A stretch of 64,000 nucleotides of DNA, taken from contig OZ024740.1 of assembly GCA_964016885.1 (NCBI GenBank), positions 55,242,001 through 55,306,000 of the forward strand. The letters run 5' to 3'. A program made the translations under genes and the position numbers. The stretch comes from Eledone cirrhosa (Eukaryota). Below the pieces are notes generated by a model. The model was not told the origin of the DNA and made no database searches. It saw only the letters and a list, made by a program, of their open reading frames with translations. How positions within the stretch are numbered: the first letter of the stretch is position 1; the number at the start of each line of letters is the position of its first letter. Below are positions 1-17,364 of this stretch, in pieces.

Positions 1-114
1 TCGTTCATCGCATCGGTAAGGGTTCTCCTACATGGATATCAAATAGTGACCGTACTTGAAAACGAGTTGGCAGCGACCATATATATATCTAAAAAAAAAA
101 GTATAAAGTCTGTC

Positions 115-720
<606 letters not shown>

Positions 721-1421
721 AGATACTTTCTTGTGCTTCAGATCAAATTCATCTATTGTGTCAATATCTGGCTATTTAAAACCCGATAGCATAAAATTAA
801 AAAAGAAATATCATATTAATATAAAAGTAAACAATAAAAATTTAGAAGCATAAGCGAAAACTTTCGAAAGAAAATTAAAGTGGTAACTTCACCACAGAAC
901 GGTACAGAGAATATATCATTGACAGTCAAGATTTCATGAAAATGAATTGATTTTTAAATTAAATGCAGCATTGGAACGTGATTTTCACTGTGTATTTGTC
1001 GATGTTTGTGCGCGTGCTATTATGTTGTTTACTAGTTGGTTTATATTTTAGTATTCTCCTTTTCTTTATTCATTCAGTTATTTATTTATGTGTTTGCTGT
1101 CAATATAGTTGTAGTTATTGTTATGTAGTTGAACATGTTGGTGATGGATGCTATGATATAGCTGTTGTGCTGTATATAAGGATTACATTGTTTGAAACAT
1201 TTTTTTGTTTGTTTGTATATGTTTAATCTTACCGTTATTGTTTATCTATCTCTGAGCAAACTGCCATAGATAGATATTGCATCTGTTGTGTTTGTTGAAT
1301 TCTGTTGTTTTGTATTTGTAAATGCAGATAGCATACATTACACCGTGCGTTTCCACCACTTCTCACGTTACTGATTAAGCGATTCTTGTTTTCTTTTTAA
1401 ATAATAATATTCCAATAGCAT

Positions 1422-1541
<120 letters not shown>

Positions 1542-1562
1542 TATTATTATCATTATTATTAC

Positions 1563-1615
<53 letters not shown>

Positions 1616-2889
1616 GTACAATTTGTAATTTATAATGAATAATTCCATTTCACTAACATGATAAGTGGATTTCTTAAGCAATTCTCCTCAATTGAACGAA
1701 CACTGAAAAACCATCAAGAAAGCCATCTCAAAATATCTCAAAAATATCTTTAAATTATTTTGAATTGGAGTTTCGATCACTGACACATGTTTTATGTAGG
1801 TTGGGAATGACTGGGGATTGGGTTGCTTAACAGAAATGCTGCCACTTGTCACAGGAATAAAGAATTAAATGCGGTTGAAAAACATTATGATGCATTATTG
1901 TTTGGAGATATGTTGGCACAGACTCACTAAACTTATGATAAATGGTATTCTAACAGTGACCATCGCGTTTTCTATAACTTATTCTGTACTTATAAAACTT
2001 ATTCTGTACTTATAAAAACATTATCGAAAATAGACACTTTACTCAAAGTTTGTGAAGTTAGAAAGGCCTGTTTGCTATTCATGCCATAGAGAACGACCGC
2101 AAACAGTTCCTACTTCTATAGTTGTTGTCGTTGGTGTTTTTGTTGTTGGTAGTGGTAATGGTGGGAGTTGGGTGTATGTGTCAGTGGCGGTTGGGTGATT
2201 TGCTCAAATGTGTTATTAATTTAATAAATTTATTTTTCGCTGATAAACAGAAAATTGAAATTGAAAATGAAAGCGGGGAAGAAAAAAGGGAAAGAATTAA
2301 AATTCTTAGCTACCTGAATCAGATTTATCTATTTTTTCAGAGTCTAATTAAGGATAGAGTTAATTAGATTTTGATACTACTCTACAAACACTGAAATACT
2401 TCAACTAACCAAACCTAACCTAACCCCAATACTGCCATCCCAGTGTGGCAGTTAACATGTATATATATATATACAAAATGAAATAAAGAGAGATAACAAA
2501 AGAGGAATATAGATGTAGATAGATAGACTCAGGTAGAGATAGACAGACATATATGAATAGTTAGACGGTAAGAAAAATAGATGGCAAAATAAAAGACACA
2601 AAGATAAGAAGTACATATGATACGTTTTTCACATCTAATCAAAATAATCATATTGCACATACTTGGAAAATATATTTTCAAGATATGCATGCATATTTAC
2701 GAAAGTTATGAGGACATAAATACATAAAGTGATGTGAAGTGGGGATATACACCGTAGTTGTGCCCCCTCCCCACCACCATATATGTATATATATATTTAA
2801 AAGATAAATAAGGTTCAATGAATAAATCAAAGAATGAGTTTTACAATAGATTGGAAGCACTCAACAGTATGGTTTTCCAGAGTTATTAA

Positions 2890-3621
<732 letters not shown>

Positions 3622-3629
3622 TATGAATG

Positions 3630-3707
<78 letters not shown>

Positions 3708-4218
3708 TCATAAACCGAGAAGGACTAAGGAAATATGGTCAAATGTTCGAGTATAGCATTTGTTAAGATGTTGTTGTTTTGTGCCTGATGACATTACACT
3801 GATGATATTACCTGATGACATTACACCTGGGAAAAAGGAAACCAGATTGGTGATTCAAGGACTAGAGAGGGAGGCGAAATAAGTTTTATTGTGGATATGG
3901 CAAAAGCACTTTCAGTATTACCATTGAATCTATTCTAATGTATTGTGACGAGAGGATGAGATTTTCTTTTAAGCAGGACAATTGACAGCACAGAAACTGC
4001 CCCATGGAACCGTTTCGCATTTGGTAAATAACATAGACAAGATTTTGCATCGGTGAAAATTAGATTGATAGCATTTACAAACATTTAAAACAATGTTAAT
4101 AGTATACCATATTGTGTGTTAAAAGACCGTTTCAATTGAAAGGTTGTATGTATAATAAGTTAAGAGATAATAGTGCGTAATTTAATTTCTTTGATCTGCA
4201 AAATATACATTATTTCTA

Positions 4219-4310
4219 GCCGAGGTTAACTTTGCCTTTCATCCTTACGGGGTCGATAAAATAAAGTACTAGTAATGCACTGGGCCTTGTGCCAAAATTA
4301 GAAACAACTA
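4219..4310 (+). mobile_element. SINE fragment (abundant family with gccgaggttaactttgcctttcatcc core)
   Basis: Matches the core and 3' end of full copies such as 37865-38053. Confidence 0.8.
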
Positions 4311-4880
4311 TTTCTAATTGGCATCAAAAGATTCCTAGATAATATATCAATGATACACATATTCCAGAATACTGCTTTATTCTTCATATATATATATATG
4401 TATGTGTGCGTATGTGTGGGTGCGTGTGAGTGCATGTGTGTGACTGTGTGTACGTGTGTGTAGGAGTGTGTGTTTGAACAAGTAAATATGGGGGTCAGTA
4501 GTTATAATCAAATACATAAACCATGGCTTTCATTAACAGTATTCTAATCATCAGTATCTGGCGAGAATTGTATGGGAGCAAGATAAAACTCATATTTTCT
4601 TTAAATCGGTGCATCAAAATTTCTGTTCCGTTTTAATTGTAACTAACATCGCTAAAGCCTTATGAAGAAATATATGAACACTTTGCGCTTATTGATAGTT
4701 ATACACTTTGTTTTTCATGACCTTGTCTTAAACAACATTGGAAATTTCGGTGATAACACTACACAAGTAGGAGAGAAATGGTGTTTTGCTGCAAGCACAC
4801 TTGAGAATTCATCAGATTTCATCATATATGCAACTGTATATATATATATATATATATATATATGGAGAGAGAATGAGAGA

Positions 4881-4974
<94 letters not shown>

Positions 4975-5662
4975 CTCATATATATATAATTCAAAATCAG
5001 ATCATGTGTGTATGTCTGTATACACATATATATGAAATAGTGGATCGTATGTGCATATAAGTCAAGGGTTTTATTGCATGCTAGCATCCATTTATATATC
5101 TAAGTGTATTAATCGAAATGTAGAGGGAGATGTGTGATTGTATGCGTACTTCTGAAGCAGATGATTTATTTACACACTACTCAAGTTTCCTTGCAATGTG
5201 ATGGTCCTTATAAAGGAAAATGGACTTATTTCGATTCGATCTCAGAAATTCATTATTTTAAGTGACTTAATGCTAGTTGGTGTTTCACACTGTCATCATT
5301 TTGTTTTGATTATTCTAGTTTTGAAGTTTCTCAACATCTAATAAGAATATCGTGAATTCTGTTAACATGCATTCACATCAGTAGACAGATCTTATTGCCT
5401 TGGATTTTGGAGAGCTTTCAAAGACCATTTTTTCTTGGTTATAAACTTTCCTATCAACTAGCTCTGCTGAATGCATTTCCCTAGAAGTGATTTCAAATTT
5501 CCGTGTATACTACACAAATCTTGTTAACGTTTATATCTCTGTATTTTCCTTTTCATTTTTTTCTCTATACACATATATATCTCTCTATGTATCAAATTAT
5601 TCATTCAACTTTCCTATTTATCTCTCTCTCTATCTATGTATCTATCTATCTATCTGTCTATC

Positions 5663-5756
<94 letters not shown>

Positions 5757-6111
5757 TAGATAGATATTTATATATAAATGTGTCTATCTATCATTACATA
5801 AATGAAGATGTCTTCACCCATTTATCTATTCGTGTCTTTCACACTAGCTAAATCCATTCTCTTTCAACTTGTGTATCCTCCTTTAAACATTTTCCTTTTC
5901 TCTATGGCTTATCTACGATTTCACGTCAAATATCCTATATTCCGATTTCACATCACTGCTTTATCATTATTTCCTAGTAGCTATCGGAAGGTTCTCTGTT
6001 TGGTTTCTCTTTCGCTATGTCTTTCTTTGTTCTTACTCTATATATCACCCACCGTCCCTTTTTAATCAATTATTTTCAATTTCAAATCGAGAATCTCTCC
6101 CTTTATGTGTT

Positions 6112-6190
<79 letters not shown>

Positions 6191-6400
6191 GTGCACGCTA
6201 TACGCAAATATGCAATATCGTCAAACGTATATAATAAATTCAAGTGGATCTAGTATTTAAACATATTTGCTGAATGTAACAGGTGTGTTTTGGCCTTATT
6301 TGTCCTCCACAGCCAAGCATGATCAACTGACTTGAATAGATTAATAATAGTCGCTTTTTATCCTTTATATATATGTGTGTGTGCGTGCGCGCTCGCGCGC

Positions 6401-6437
<37 letters not shown>

Positions 6438-6620
6438 TGTATGCGCATGTGTTATATAGAATGCTTTACTTTTAATAACACTTAAGCTTGTTCGGTCTTC
6501 TCACCAGCTCGTTTTAAAAAGTAGATCAATTCTAAATTGTATATATTGCCAACATCATTTTGTTACATATGGTATATTCGACTCTATCTGTATTATGTTG
6601 TATAATGTATAATACAAAGA

Positions 6621-6810
6621 GCGGTCGATTGGAAGTATCGGTAGAGGGTCGGACACCATGCTTTTAAGCATAGAGTTACGTCTCTTTATGATCTGAATTC
6701 AAATCCTAATGAGGTTAACTTTGCCTTTCATCCTAACGAGGTCTATGAAATAAAGCACCAGTAATTTTCTGGGATAATTGCTGACCTCGTGCCAAATGTA
6801 GAAACTATTA
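6621..6810 (+). mobile_element. SINE, near full length (same family)
   Basis: gcggtcgattggaagtatcggtagagggtcgg...ttcaaatcc...ctttgcctttcatcc...gtgccaaatgtagaaac. Confidence 0.85.
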
Positions 6811-7475
6811 TATTTAGTATCATGAGAGCAGGCAAGAGGTACGTTTCCTCAGATATAATCCATCAACATTTTTAAAAATTTTCCTTTTTTTAATTAATTA
6901 TACAATTCTTTTGTCTTTCACAGTTAAAGAAAGAACGACTCACTTACGGTCATTGAACATAAACATGATAGTAGCTAAGGATCTCGCTAATCACATTCCT
7001 ATGATGAAAATTAATGATGAAAACAATTCTAAATATTAGAAACAGGCTGAATAAACAACGTGTTAGCTGATAGCATGTCATTTCATTATAGCTCTACTCC
7101 ATCGAAGGCAATTAGAGACTGACCACAACTAACAACAACTCACTCCCTCCTGAATAACTTTGTGTTAATGTTCCTCGCTATATGTATTGACCGTAATTCA
7201 AAGAAATGACGTTAAATTCTCATATTTTATCATTGCAATGTTGAATTTTTCATAAGCAAACAAAGTTTAATTCGATATATTTTTCTATATACCCATATGA
7301 GTTTCTTTGGTTGTGTGTGGGGGTGGGTGGGTGTCTAGTGACTAGATATATACCTTCTTTTCTAAAGTTCTTTCTACATCTTATCTTACTACCTACAACT
7401 TTTAATATATTATTGCCGGCAGTGATAGATTTTACATATTTCTACTACCTGGATATAAAATACTTTTAGACGCTT

Positions 7476-7581
<106 letters not shown>

Positions 7582-7641
7582 TATATACATATATATATAT
7601 ACATATATATATACATATATATATGTATATATGTATATATG

Positions 7642-7673
<32 letters not shown>

Positions 7674-8467
7674 AGTATGTGTGTGTGTGTGTACGTGTGT
7701 GTGTATGTGTGCGCGTGTATAGGGGGGGGCGTGTGTGTGTGTGTACATGCCTTTATACGACTCCGAAACATCTCAGCCAAAATATTGCTTGTAAATTCCC
7801 CTAGCGGCAGTAAAACATTTCATGCACTTCTTACTGCCAGTAAAATATTTTCTCGATTGTTCTCTGTATTACTAATCAAAGAAAACATTTCCCTCATTTC
7901 CCTACCATACAGCTTTGATGTGTGGCTGTGATTGTGTCTCTGTATATGTGTGTGTATGGTTGCAAGTTTAAATATACATTTTTTTGTGAGAGTGGATGTG
8001 ACTGCTTCTCCCTCTCTCTATCCCTCGGTATATATATATCTTTATCTGTCTCTAAATATCTATAGATATACATATATTTCTCATTGTATGTATGTATGTA
8101 TGTATGAATGTATGTATGTATATATGTATATATACATACATACATACTTCTAGGAGAAGGCAACTCAGGAAACTGGGATAACTCCGATATAAAACCTGCG
8201 GCTCAGTAGTTACCGATGATGTTGATCTTTTCTTCTTTTCGGGTTATAGCTACTGTCGCTCAGAGAGTGGGATTGGCTCAGTGTACAGTCTTTCGTCACT
8301 TTAAAAAATATCTTCACGCACAGCCATTGCACGATAGAATTAATTAATTATTATTAATAATGGTATATCGTGCAAAGGCCATACTCGATAACGAGGGGGC
8401 AGCCATCATCATCATGTATATATGTATGTATGTTTGTATATATTCAAGTCTATGTGTTTGTTTCATT

Positions 8468-8498
<31 letters not shown>

Positions 8499-8647
8499 CT
8501 GTGTGTCTGTGTGTCTGTGTGTGTGTGTGTAGGCGTGTAGCATTTCCCCCTCAATGAATATTAGCTTCCATCCTTAATCAACTTTCATAACTTCGATACC
8601 ATAGATGAATTTTTGTAGCCTTCTTTTCTCATCTCTCTCTCTTTCTG

Positions 8648-8807
<160 letters not shown>

Positions 8808-9177
8808 GATTGCGTTTACCATTGCAACATTTCCTAATCTTTCGGTATCTTTGGACGAATACATTCCTTTGGTAGTATCGTCATTGCAAAGATATTCCAT
8901 CAGAGACCTTCACATATGTATTTGCATTTTGACGTTAGCATTAACTAGCTCATGCTTCCTATTTCTAAGAGACAATGGGTGATTATAAAGGGTTAATGGC
9001 GGACATACAGACTTGAATGAATTTATTTGTATGTTTTTATTCATAGGAACATACATAAGTACGAACGCATGTCGCCTATATTAATATTAACGAGTGCCGT
9101 AGTTTAGAAGATTCGGCAAAATGCTTGCAGCAATTGTTTTCTTCATTTTTTTGGCTTGTGATAGTAAAAATAAATAA

Positions 9178-9326
9178 CTGTTTCTACTTTTGGCACAAGA
9201 CCAGCAAATTACCTAGTGCATTACTGGTACTTTATTTTATCGACCCCGTAAGGATGAAAAGCAAAGTTAACCTCGGTGTGATTTGATCTCAGAATGGCAA
9301 GGGCCGTAACTCGATACGTCAAAGCA
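9178..9326 (-). mobile_element. SINE (same family)
   Basis: Reverse complement of the family body. Confidence 0.8.
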
Positions 9327-9846
9327 AAAATAAATAACAGTTGCATACTGGTGTCAATCTAATTGGCTGTCGATCTAAATCCTCCGAATTTGAGTCTTTG
9401 TGTCTCTCTTAGATATTCTGCATTAATATCCGTAGATATGTTTTCGTTTTTGGAAGGCTTATATGAAATGTATGAACATAATCTGTCACCCAATCTCCAA
9501 ATCACTACCCTCACATTCACTAGTGTTATAATTAGAGCAACATTTCACCTTTATTCTCCATTGCCATCAAATGATTAACATAATTGTCTCGTCTTCCGAC
9601 ACTTCCTTCTATTCATCACCCAGTCTTTTATCGTTTATGTTGTTATTGTTTTTATTTATTTCATTGAAGATTGCTCCTGTATTCAAGCTAACGTGTGGAT
9701 TAACTTAATCTTAATCCAATGTAATCCAGTCCTAGAAAAATACATAAATAAATGAATAAGCCTTATTAAAAAGAAACGTACTTTTACTTCAATAAAACAC
9801 GGTAGTTACACTATGTAATTTATGGAGACACCATCAACAGAAACAT

Positions 9847-9911
<65 letters not shown>

Positions 9912-9949
9912 ACTACTGCTGCTGCTGCTGCTCATAATAATAATAATAA

Positions 9950-11130
9950 TGGTTTCTGAATTAGGCACAAGGCCAACAATATTGGGGAAAGATGAAAGGT
10001 AAAGCTAATGTGCCGAAATCAACTTTGCCTTTCATCAATACGGTGGTCGGTAAAATAAAGTACCAGTAATGCACTGGGGTTTATTTAATCGATTTTCTCC
10101 TCCCCTTCAAATTACTGCCTAAAGTAGAAACAATTATTAATATTATTTTTTTTTTTAATTTTGCCAAGGTAATTCCTTTTTTGTTCGGATCTGGTGGTAG
10201 TAGAGTTGGTAGGTGGTCAATTAAATCCATCCCAATTTTATCAATCGCGAAAGTATCAAAGGTAAAATTGACCCTATAGGAATTTGAACTCAGAAGGTAA
10301 AGAGCAGAAAAACACTATTACGCTCTCACTACGTCCCTTTACGGACTAAGTTCAAATCCCACCGAAGTTAACTTCGCCTTTCATCCATACGGGGTCGATA
10401 AAATAAAGTACCAGTAATATACTGTTTTAATTGCTGGCCTTGTGCCAAAAGTAGAAACAATTATTACAATGATAAAGTTTTCTAATTTAGGCCCAAAGCC
10501 AGCAATTTCGTTTGATGGAGATGTCGGTTAAATTATCATGGTAGGTTACTACCTTTTATTGGATTAGCAGTATCGGTAGAGGGTCGCACGCCATGCTTTG
10601 CAACATAGAGTTACGGCCCTTTATGATCTGAGTTCAAATCCCGCCGAGGTTAAATTTGCCTTTCAACCTTACGGCGATCCATAAAATTAAGTACCAGTGG
10701 TACACTGGTATAATTGCTGGACTTGTGCCAAAAGTAGAAACAATTATTGACCAAAGTAAATAAAAAGTGAAGTCCATCACAGCGAGATTTGATCTAAACC
10801 TTTAACTTGTGCGGATTCTGCCCATTATTCTTACAATTTTACCAATCTAACACCCGATTTACATATTCAATATGAATATTTCGTTAAGGGTTAAGGTTAG
10901 GGTTAGTAGATAGGTAGATTTGATAGAATATCGGATTGAAAGCCACTGTGAGTTTGTTCTGGCTGTTTACATTCCAAATTCACATTTTTTCGAGATCAAC
11001 TTTGCTTTCCATCCTTCCTGGGCCGATACAATAATATATCAAACAAGTACTGGAGGTGATTTAATCAAATTTTCCCCCCTCCCCTACGCAAAAAAAATAC
11101 TGTCAATGTGCCTAAATTAAAAATCAATAT
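9950..11130. mobile_element. Cluster of at least 5 SINE copies or fragments in both orientations (best copy 10561-10748 +)
   Basis: Repeated ctttgcctttcatcc...aagtaccagt...gtgccaaaagtagaaac motifs. Confidence 0.8.
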
Positions 11131-11441
11131 TAATATTTCATTACATTTAATTTTCTAATAAGGATGGTGATGACAGTTATCAATCACAACAATCATCATA
11201 TTCATGATAATCTTGTTCATCAACTTCAAAGCCACCCCGACAGCCCCACAACTGCCCACAACTCTACCACCAACGCCACCACTCATAATTGGCCCTGTTG
11301 TTATGAAATTAGTTAAATTTATCTATACCTTAGATCACAATTTTTTTGTTCTTTTTTGCAATGGAGCACAACGTTGCAATGACAAATTCATATTAGAAAG
11401 GTCAATCTAATTACAATATATTAATGCTCTCTGCTCACAGC

Positions 11442-11517
<76 letters not shown>

Positions 11518-11983
11518 TTTATATATATATATATATATATATAAATTATATGTCCGTGTATGCGTTTGTGTGTGTATAAATAGATATATGTATAAGTATA
11601 ATTGCATATTCGTAATGGTTCGCTCTTACGTGTACAGGTGCATATTGACATAGGATTACATGTGCGTAATAACCCTAGCCCTTCCCAACACACATTCCGG
11701 AATATATAGAGGCACATACAATCACACACGTACATATGTACGATTGTGTGTGTTTGAATGCGAGTGTGAGCTAAAAGTATTTAATTAATACGTATATGTT
11801 TATATGTGTTCATGAATATATGTCATGTGAGCGTATATTGAATTATATGATAAACTGAGAGTTCTCTTCTTCATAACACAAAACCAAATGTCAATATATG
11901 ATGTTACGTTCTTAGCGTATTCAATGAATAATTGTCAAGCAAGTGCCAATACATTTAACATCGTTATTATCTGAATCAGAGTC

Positions 11984-12026
<43 letters not shown>

Positions 12027-12038
12027 CTATGTACATAC

Positions 12039-12079
<41 letters not shown>

Positions 12080-12101
12080 CATACATATATATATATGTAT
12101 G

Positions 12102-12132
<31 letters not shown>

Positions 12133-12206
12133 GGGAGGGGGAACACACCTCATTTACCGATACATACACGCAGACACACACACATAACATACTTGAGCAC
12201 ACACAA

Positions 12207-12272
<66 letters not shown>

Positions 12273-12856
12273 TCCCTTAATTAAATGTGTTGGTATTGTT
12301 TTTAGAATTTCAACAATCCCATGGTTCAATGACAGTTTTTTAAACTCAAAATATTTTATGAATTCTTTATAGCATATCTACCTTCATCATGTAAAATATT
12401 TCCCCCGGTGTACATATTTTCACTTGTACATTACATGATGGTTGTCTACTCGATTTCGAGTTTGACGACTTTGATAATCATAAGATAAGAATGGGCCATT
12501 CGCTCAATAGCGAACTCTATAGTGGCTTTTAATCCAGCAAACGATCTATATTGAATTCAAAAGATAGGGTATATATTTTGTCCTTCATTAGAAACCAATG
12601 GAACAGCAACATAGTCACCTACATGGATTTTATTGACATGGAAATTGTTTGTCTGACTTCGACTTAAATACATTACCACACACATGGCAAGTTACGGCTA
12701 TATCATTAATCTGCAGATCAGTGTATTAAACTTGTACATATAAATCGGTACATATATACATGAATACATCTATTTTAACGGAAGATGCTGATTTCGTATA
12801 TGTTGCCAATGTTTGTATAGATGTGTGTATATATATATATAACTAACAACTAGATA

Positions 12857-12900
<44 letters not shown>

Positions 12901-12906
<6 letters not shown>

Positions 12907-13335
12907 TTGGTGCTCTGAAATAGCGATGTATATATGAATGTCTATATAGAGTATTTGGTAATACACTGTATGCTTAATTAAAAGCATTTTGAAGACCTTA
13001 CGCTATTGTTTTAAAGTAGTGACTATGTCACTTACTTCTTTTTTCAACAAACAAAGGGAGGCGGAACGGCATCCGCTCTGTATAATCAGTTCCTGATTAT
13101 TACTGGAATTCTATAAGAATCCAACATTCATCATTTTCAACAGACAAGGGGAGTGCTAAGCTCTGAGGAATACCAACAGTATGAAACAGCGATCTGTAAG
13201 CTTATCTCCCTTAGTTTGTTGAAAAAAGAAGTAAGTGACATAGTCACTACTTTAAAACAATAGCGTAAGGTCTTCAAAATGCTTTTAATTAAGCATAGAG
13301 TGTATTACCAAATACACTATATATACATTCATATA
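12901..13335. mobile_element. Fold-back element (arms ~12930-13060 / 13206-13335) between TA tracts, with a hammerhead in the spacer
   Basis: Near-perfect ~130-bp inverted arms; a related copy lies at 51110-51320. Confidence 0.85.
13157..13204 (+). ncRNA. Type I hammerhead ribozyme, fully canonical
   Basis: taagct-CTGAGGA-atac(caaca)gtat-GAAA-cag(cgat)ctg-TA-agctta; all three stems pair perfectly, GUA triplet. Confidence 0.9.
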
Positions 13336-13348
13336 TATATATATAATA

Positions 13349-13438
<90 letters not shown>

Positions 13439-13439
<1 letters not shown>

Positions 13440-13645
13440 CAGGATGGATTGAGTTTGAAACTAATTAAACCGTTACTCAACAGAGTAATCGATACTTCGG
13501 ATAGTAGAGTATGGTTATATTATAAAGAATCGGGACCCGACGGGTGAGCTCTTGCCGATCCAACAGCTAGTTTTAGTTTCTGGTCTAGAACTTGCTGTTG
13601 AAATGGCAAGAGAATAGCCGTCGGGTCCCTTCGCTTTATAATATA
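13439..13645. mobile_element. Fold-back element related to the 28211 family (GAAA-tggc..gccg-TC half ribozyme)
   Basis: Inverted arms ~13517-13570 / 13590-13645; the tail matches 48815-48912. Confidence 0.65.
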
Positions 13646-13667
13646 TACATAATCCCCCCCCCCTCTC

Positions 13668-13741
<74 letters not shown>

Positions 13742-14387
13742 TGACACAGACATATACAATTATATATCTTTAAAACATTGATGAAAATAGATAGATTTTA
13801 TCTTAAAATAACCACTTTATATTGATAAGTTCTCCCACGTTCATTATCACATTAGACATGATATTAGTTATTCCCTCGATATCCCGTTCTTTACGACCTA
13901 ATTATTGTATAGGCCAACATTTTCGGACATGTTACTTTATATCGGACTTGCAGTTCATTAACCACTGTTTGGATTGCTCTACAAAATTCATGCCAATAAC
14001 ATGAGGGAAGCAGAAATATGATAAGGAGTTTCAAATATGTTCTCTTTCGATTAATGCGATTGTTGTTGCTGCTGTTGTCGTCATCGTCATCGTTCTTTTT
14101 CGCTGTTGCCAGTGTATGGTACTCCTCATTCTTATTTCTTTTTTTCGATTTAGTCACACTATCATATATCTTCTTCTTCTTCTTCTTCTTCTTCTTCTTC
14201 TTCTTCTTCTTCTATGACAAGAACTCAAATAATGCCTGAATCGGCTGAACTAAAGCAATTAATGTATAGAGAGTGCGTGTATATGTGTGGGAGAGGATAT
14301 TTTTAAAGGAATCCGGACATCGTAATGAGCTGCTTCTCCAAAATAGACAGTATCAGTAGAATTAGATGAGATGAGATTAGATATGAG

Positions 14388-14437
<50 letters not shown>

Positions 14438-14760
14438 GTGAGCGAATGTGCGACTCCTTCTATGTCTATGAGTGTATATGTGCGTGGTGAGATGTTTGGG
14501 GATTGAGGTAGGAGAAATGGAATCATGAAACTAAGGACACACACTATTTGTTGGGGCTGGGATAGTGTATTCGGGATACACACACACACATCTCTCTCTC
14601 ACTCTCACTCTCTCCGTCTCTAACTCGCTCTCGCTCTCTATCTTTCACGCTATGATATATTAGCATTTTACTACATTGTCTTCCTCTGTAGGTTTTTGTT
14701 CTTATCTTTTTAAATAATATATATATATGTATATATATATATATCCATACATTTGTAATA

Positions 14761-14840
<80 letters not shown>

Positions 14841-14843
<3 letters not shown>

Positions 14844-14990
14844 AACCAGTAAGACCCCGACAGCTGAGCTAAAGCCGTTTCGACGGCTAATTCTGGGGTC
14901 TTACTGGTTCCTATTACCCACTCTACTACCCCAAGTATAAAGTACTTTGGTGCGTTATGGTCCACCTGGTTCCTTACCACATTTCCTTCG

Positions 14991-14995
<5 letters not shown>
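14841..14995. mobile_element. Fold-back element in (TA)n, 28211 family
   Basis: aggaaccagtaagacccc...ggggtcttactggttcct plus the shared ~80-nt tail. Confidence 0.8.
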
Positions 14996-15028
<33 letters not shown>

Positions 15029-15497
15029 CAAACTCCGAATGCTGACAACTAATTGAAGATCTAAATAAATGGTATGAAGCAGAAGAGATAGGGCGGAATC
15101 CAAACGGAGAAGAACGATCATTTAAGTTATAAATGTACGATTGGAAGTGATCTTACTTTCCAATTGACGATTCGCTATTTAGCAGTGTGAAATATGAGCC
15201 ATCGCCTCTGACATGGTTTCTCACTATGGAAATATACAGAGATAACTTTATATATATATATATATATGTATGTTTATGCATGTATCTATCTATATATATA
15301 TATATATATATATATACATTATATATATATATATACGTTATATATATATATATATATATACATGCATAAACATTCAGTTCACTCTAGTTATTTAATTTAG
15401 AATATGTTAACGGGATTAAATGTTGCAGTGAGAGATTTAAAAAGAATTTGCAATGGTTTAGAAGACTTGTGTTCAAGTGTTCAATATATATATACAT

Positions 15498-15562
<65 letters not shown>

Positions 15563-15571
15563 GAGAGAGAG

Positions 15572-15615
<44 letters not shown>

Positions 15616-15844
15616 GGGGAGAAAGAGAGACGGAGAGTTAAATAGAGGCACACAACATATAGAAAAAGTATATAATACGTGTATATCTGCCACATCTCCC
15701 CCACCACACTGATAACTGCCCAACGTCGGTTGTGATCACGAGTCCTACAATTGATATAATCAACACAAGAGTCTACTCCTGAAATTAACGAGCCCGTGAC
15801 TGAGAATTTCAGAAGCGCGTGTACCTTCAAAGTAGATATCAGAT

Positions 15845-16025
15845 AGATTCAGCATGACACAGAATGGTATAAGGTTGATCCTTTGATTTGCTGGCACCAG
15901 TTATTTTTGCCAGCTTCGTGCACTGGTGCAATGTAAAATGAAGTGTCTTGCACAAAGTCGTAATGCGTAGCCGGGAATCGAACTCACAACCTAACGATTG
16001 TGAGCCGAATAACCTAACCACTAAA
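15845..16025 (-). mobile_element. tRNA-derived SINE; a second head fragment lies at 16362-16413 (+)
   Basis: Minus strand tagtggttagg...gagttcgattcccgg...gcaagacacttcattttac. Confidence 0.7.
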
Positions 16026-16079
16026 CACACAAAAACGAAAAGCACATGCATATATTTATTTATATATATATATATATGT

Positions 16080-16167
<88 letters not shown>

Positions 16168-16173
16168 GTGTGT

Positions 16174-16269
<96 letters not shown>

Positions 16270-16301
16270 GTGTGTGTGTCTGTGTGTGTGTGTGTGTGTG
16301 T

Positions 16302-16349
<48 letters not shown>

Positions 16350-16414
16350 CGCTTTTGTGTGTGGAGTGTTGGTTAGGTTATTCGGCTCACAACTGTAAAG
16401 TCAGTTCCATTCCC

Positions 16415-16449
<35 letters not shown>

Positions 16450-17035
16450 CAGAGAGAGAGAAAGAGAGTAGGACAGGTAACGTAGAAGTAGTAAGACGTG
16501 GAGGAATGATAAACTCCGTCGGAATTATACTTCTGCTTTCTTTTTTTTCATGAACATATTTTCTTATTTATTATCTCATTTTTCACTAAAGTAATTTTGA
16601 ACTGAACATAACTTGACACAAAACGTGTACAATTAAGAATCCTGTATCTCAAACCCACTCTACCCCCCATTAATATAATTTACATATTTTCTTTACATTT
16701 TTACCTTGTTAATGTGTTACTTATGTCTTTTGACTTTTTGCTTTTTGGGATGTAATTTTCCTATCTTAATCTACTCATATAAACCAAAATGGTTGCCAGT
16801 GATGATTAACTGAAAATGAAAAGTTTCATTTGACACTTCAGCACACAGTTTTATTTACCTTCCAAAATTAGGAGTAAACCAGAGATTAGTGTTGGGCCAC
16901 ATATGAATTACGTCGCCTATCGTTCTATTTTGAGGTACATTTGCTTACCTGTGAGATAGGACTGAGAATTTCACCAATTGAGAACACCCGGAATTACAGA
17001 AAGTAGGTTTCGTCTTACGTTTATATATATATATA

Positions 17036-17308
17036 ATGTATAATAAACAATACAATATAATTACCTCATTACCAGAGGTTTCCCGAATAAGACGAATACG
17101 AAAAACGTCCTCATTCGTTCATCTAACAAGGCAATACCTTGTCCGATGAACGAATGAGGACGTTTTTCGTATTCTTCTTATTCGGGAAACCTCTGGTAAT
17201 GAGGTAATTATATTGTATTGTTTATTATACATTACATTTAGCCCTGGTACTTACATAGAGCACTCTTCACACCTATGACTTTTTCAATCTTCAACGGAAA
17301 CTTCAATA

Positions 17309-17310
<2 letters not shown>
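17036..17310. mobile_element. Fold-back element (arms 17036-17123 / 17145-17232) with a degenerate hammerhead at 17135-17206
   Basis: taccttgt-CCGATGA-long stem II-GAAA-cc(tct)gg-TA-atgaggta; core has U4C. Confidence 0.75.

Positions 17311-17364
<54 letters not shown>

Noticed and set aside
3788-3828. Three ctgatga motifs in tandem
   Set aside because: Short 13-15 bp slippage duplication, with no stem II/GAAA arrangement for a hammerhead.
10886-10906. TTAGGG-like repeats
   Set aside because: Only 2-3 degenerate units; not a telomeric array.
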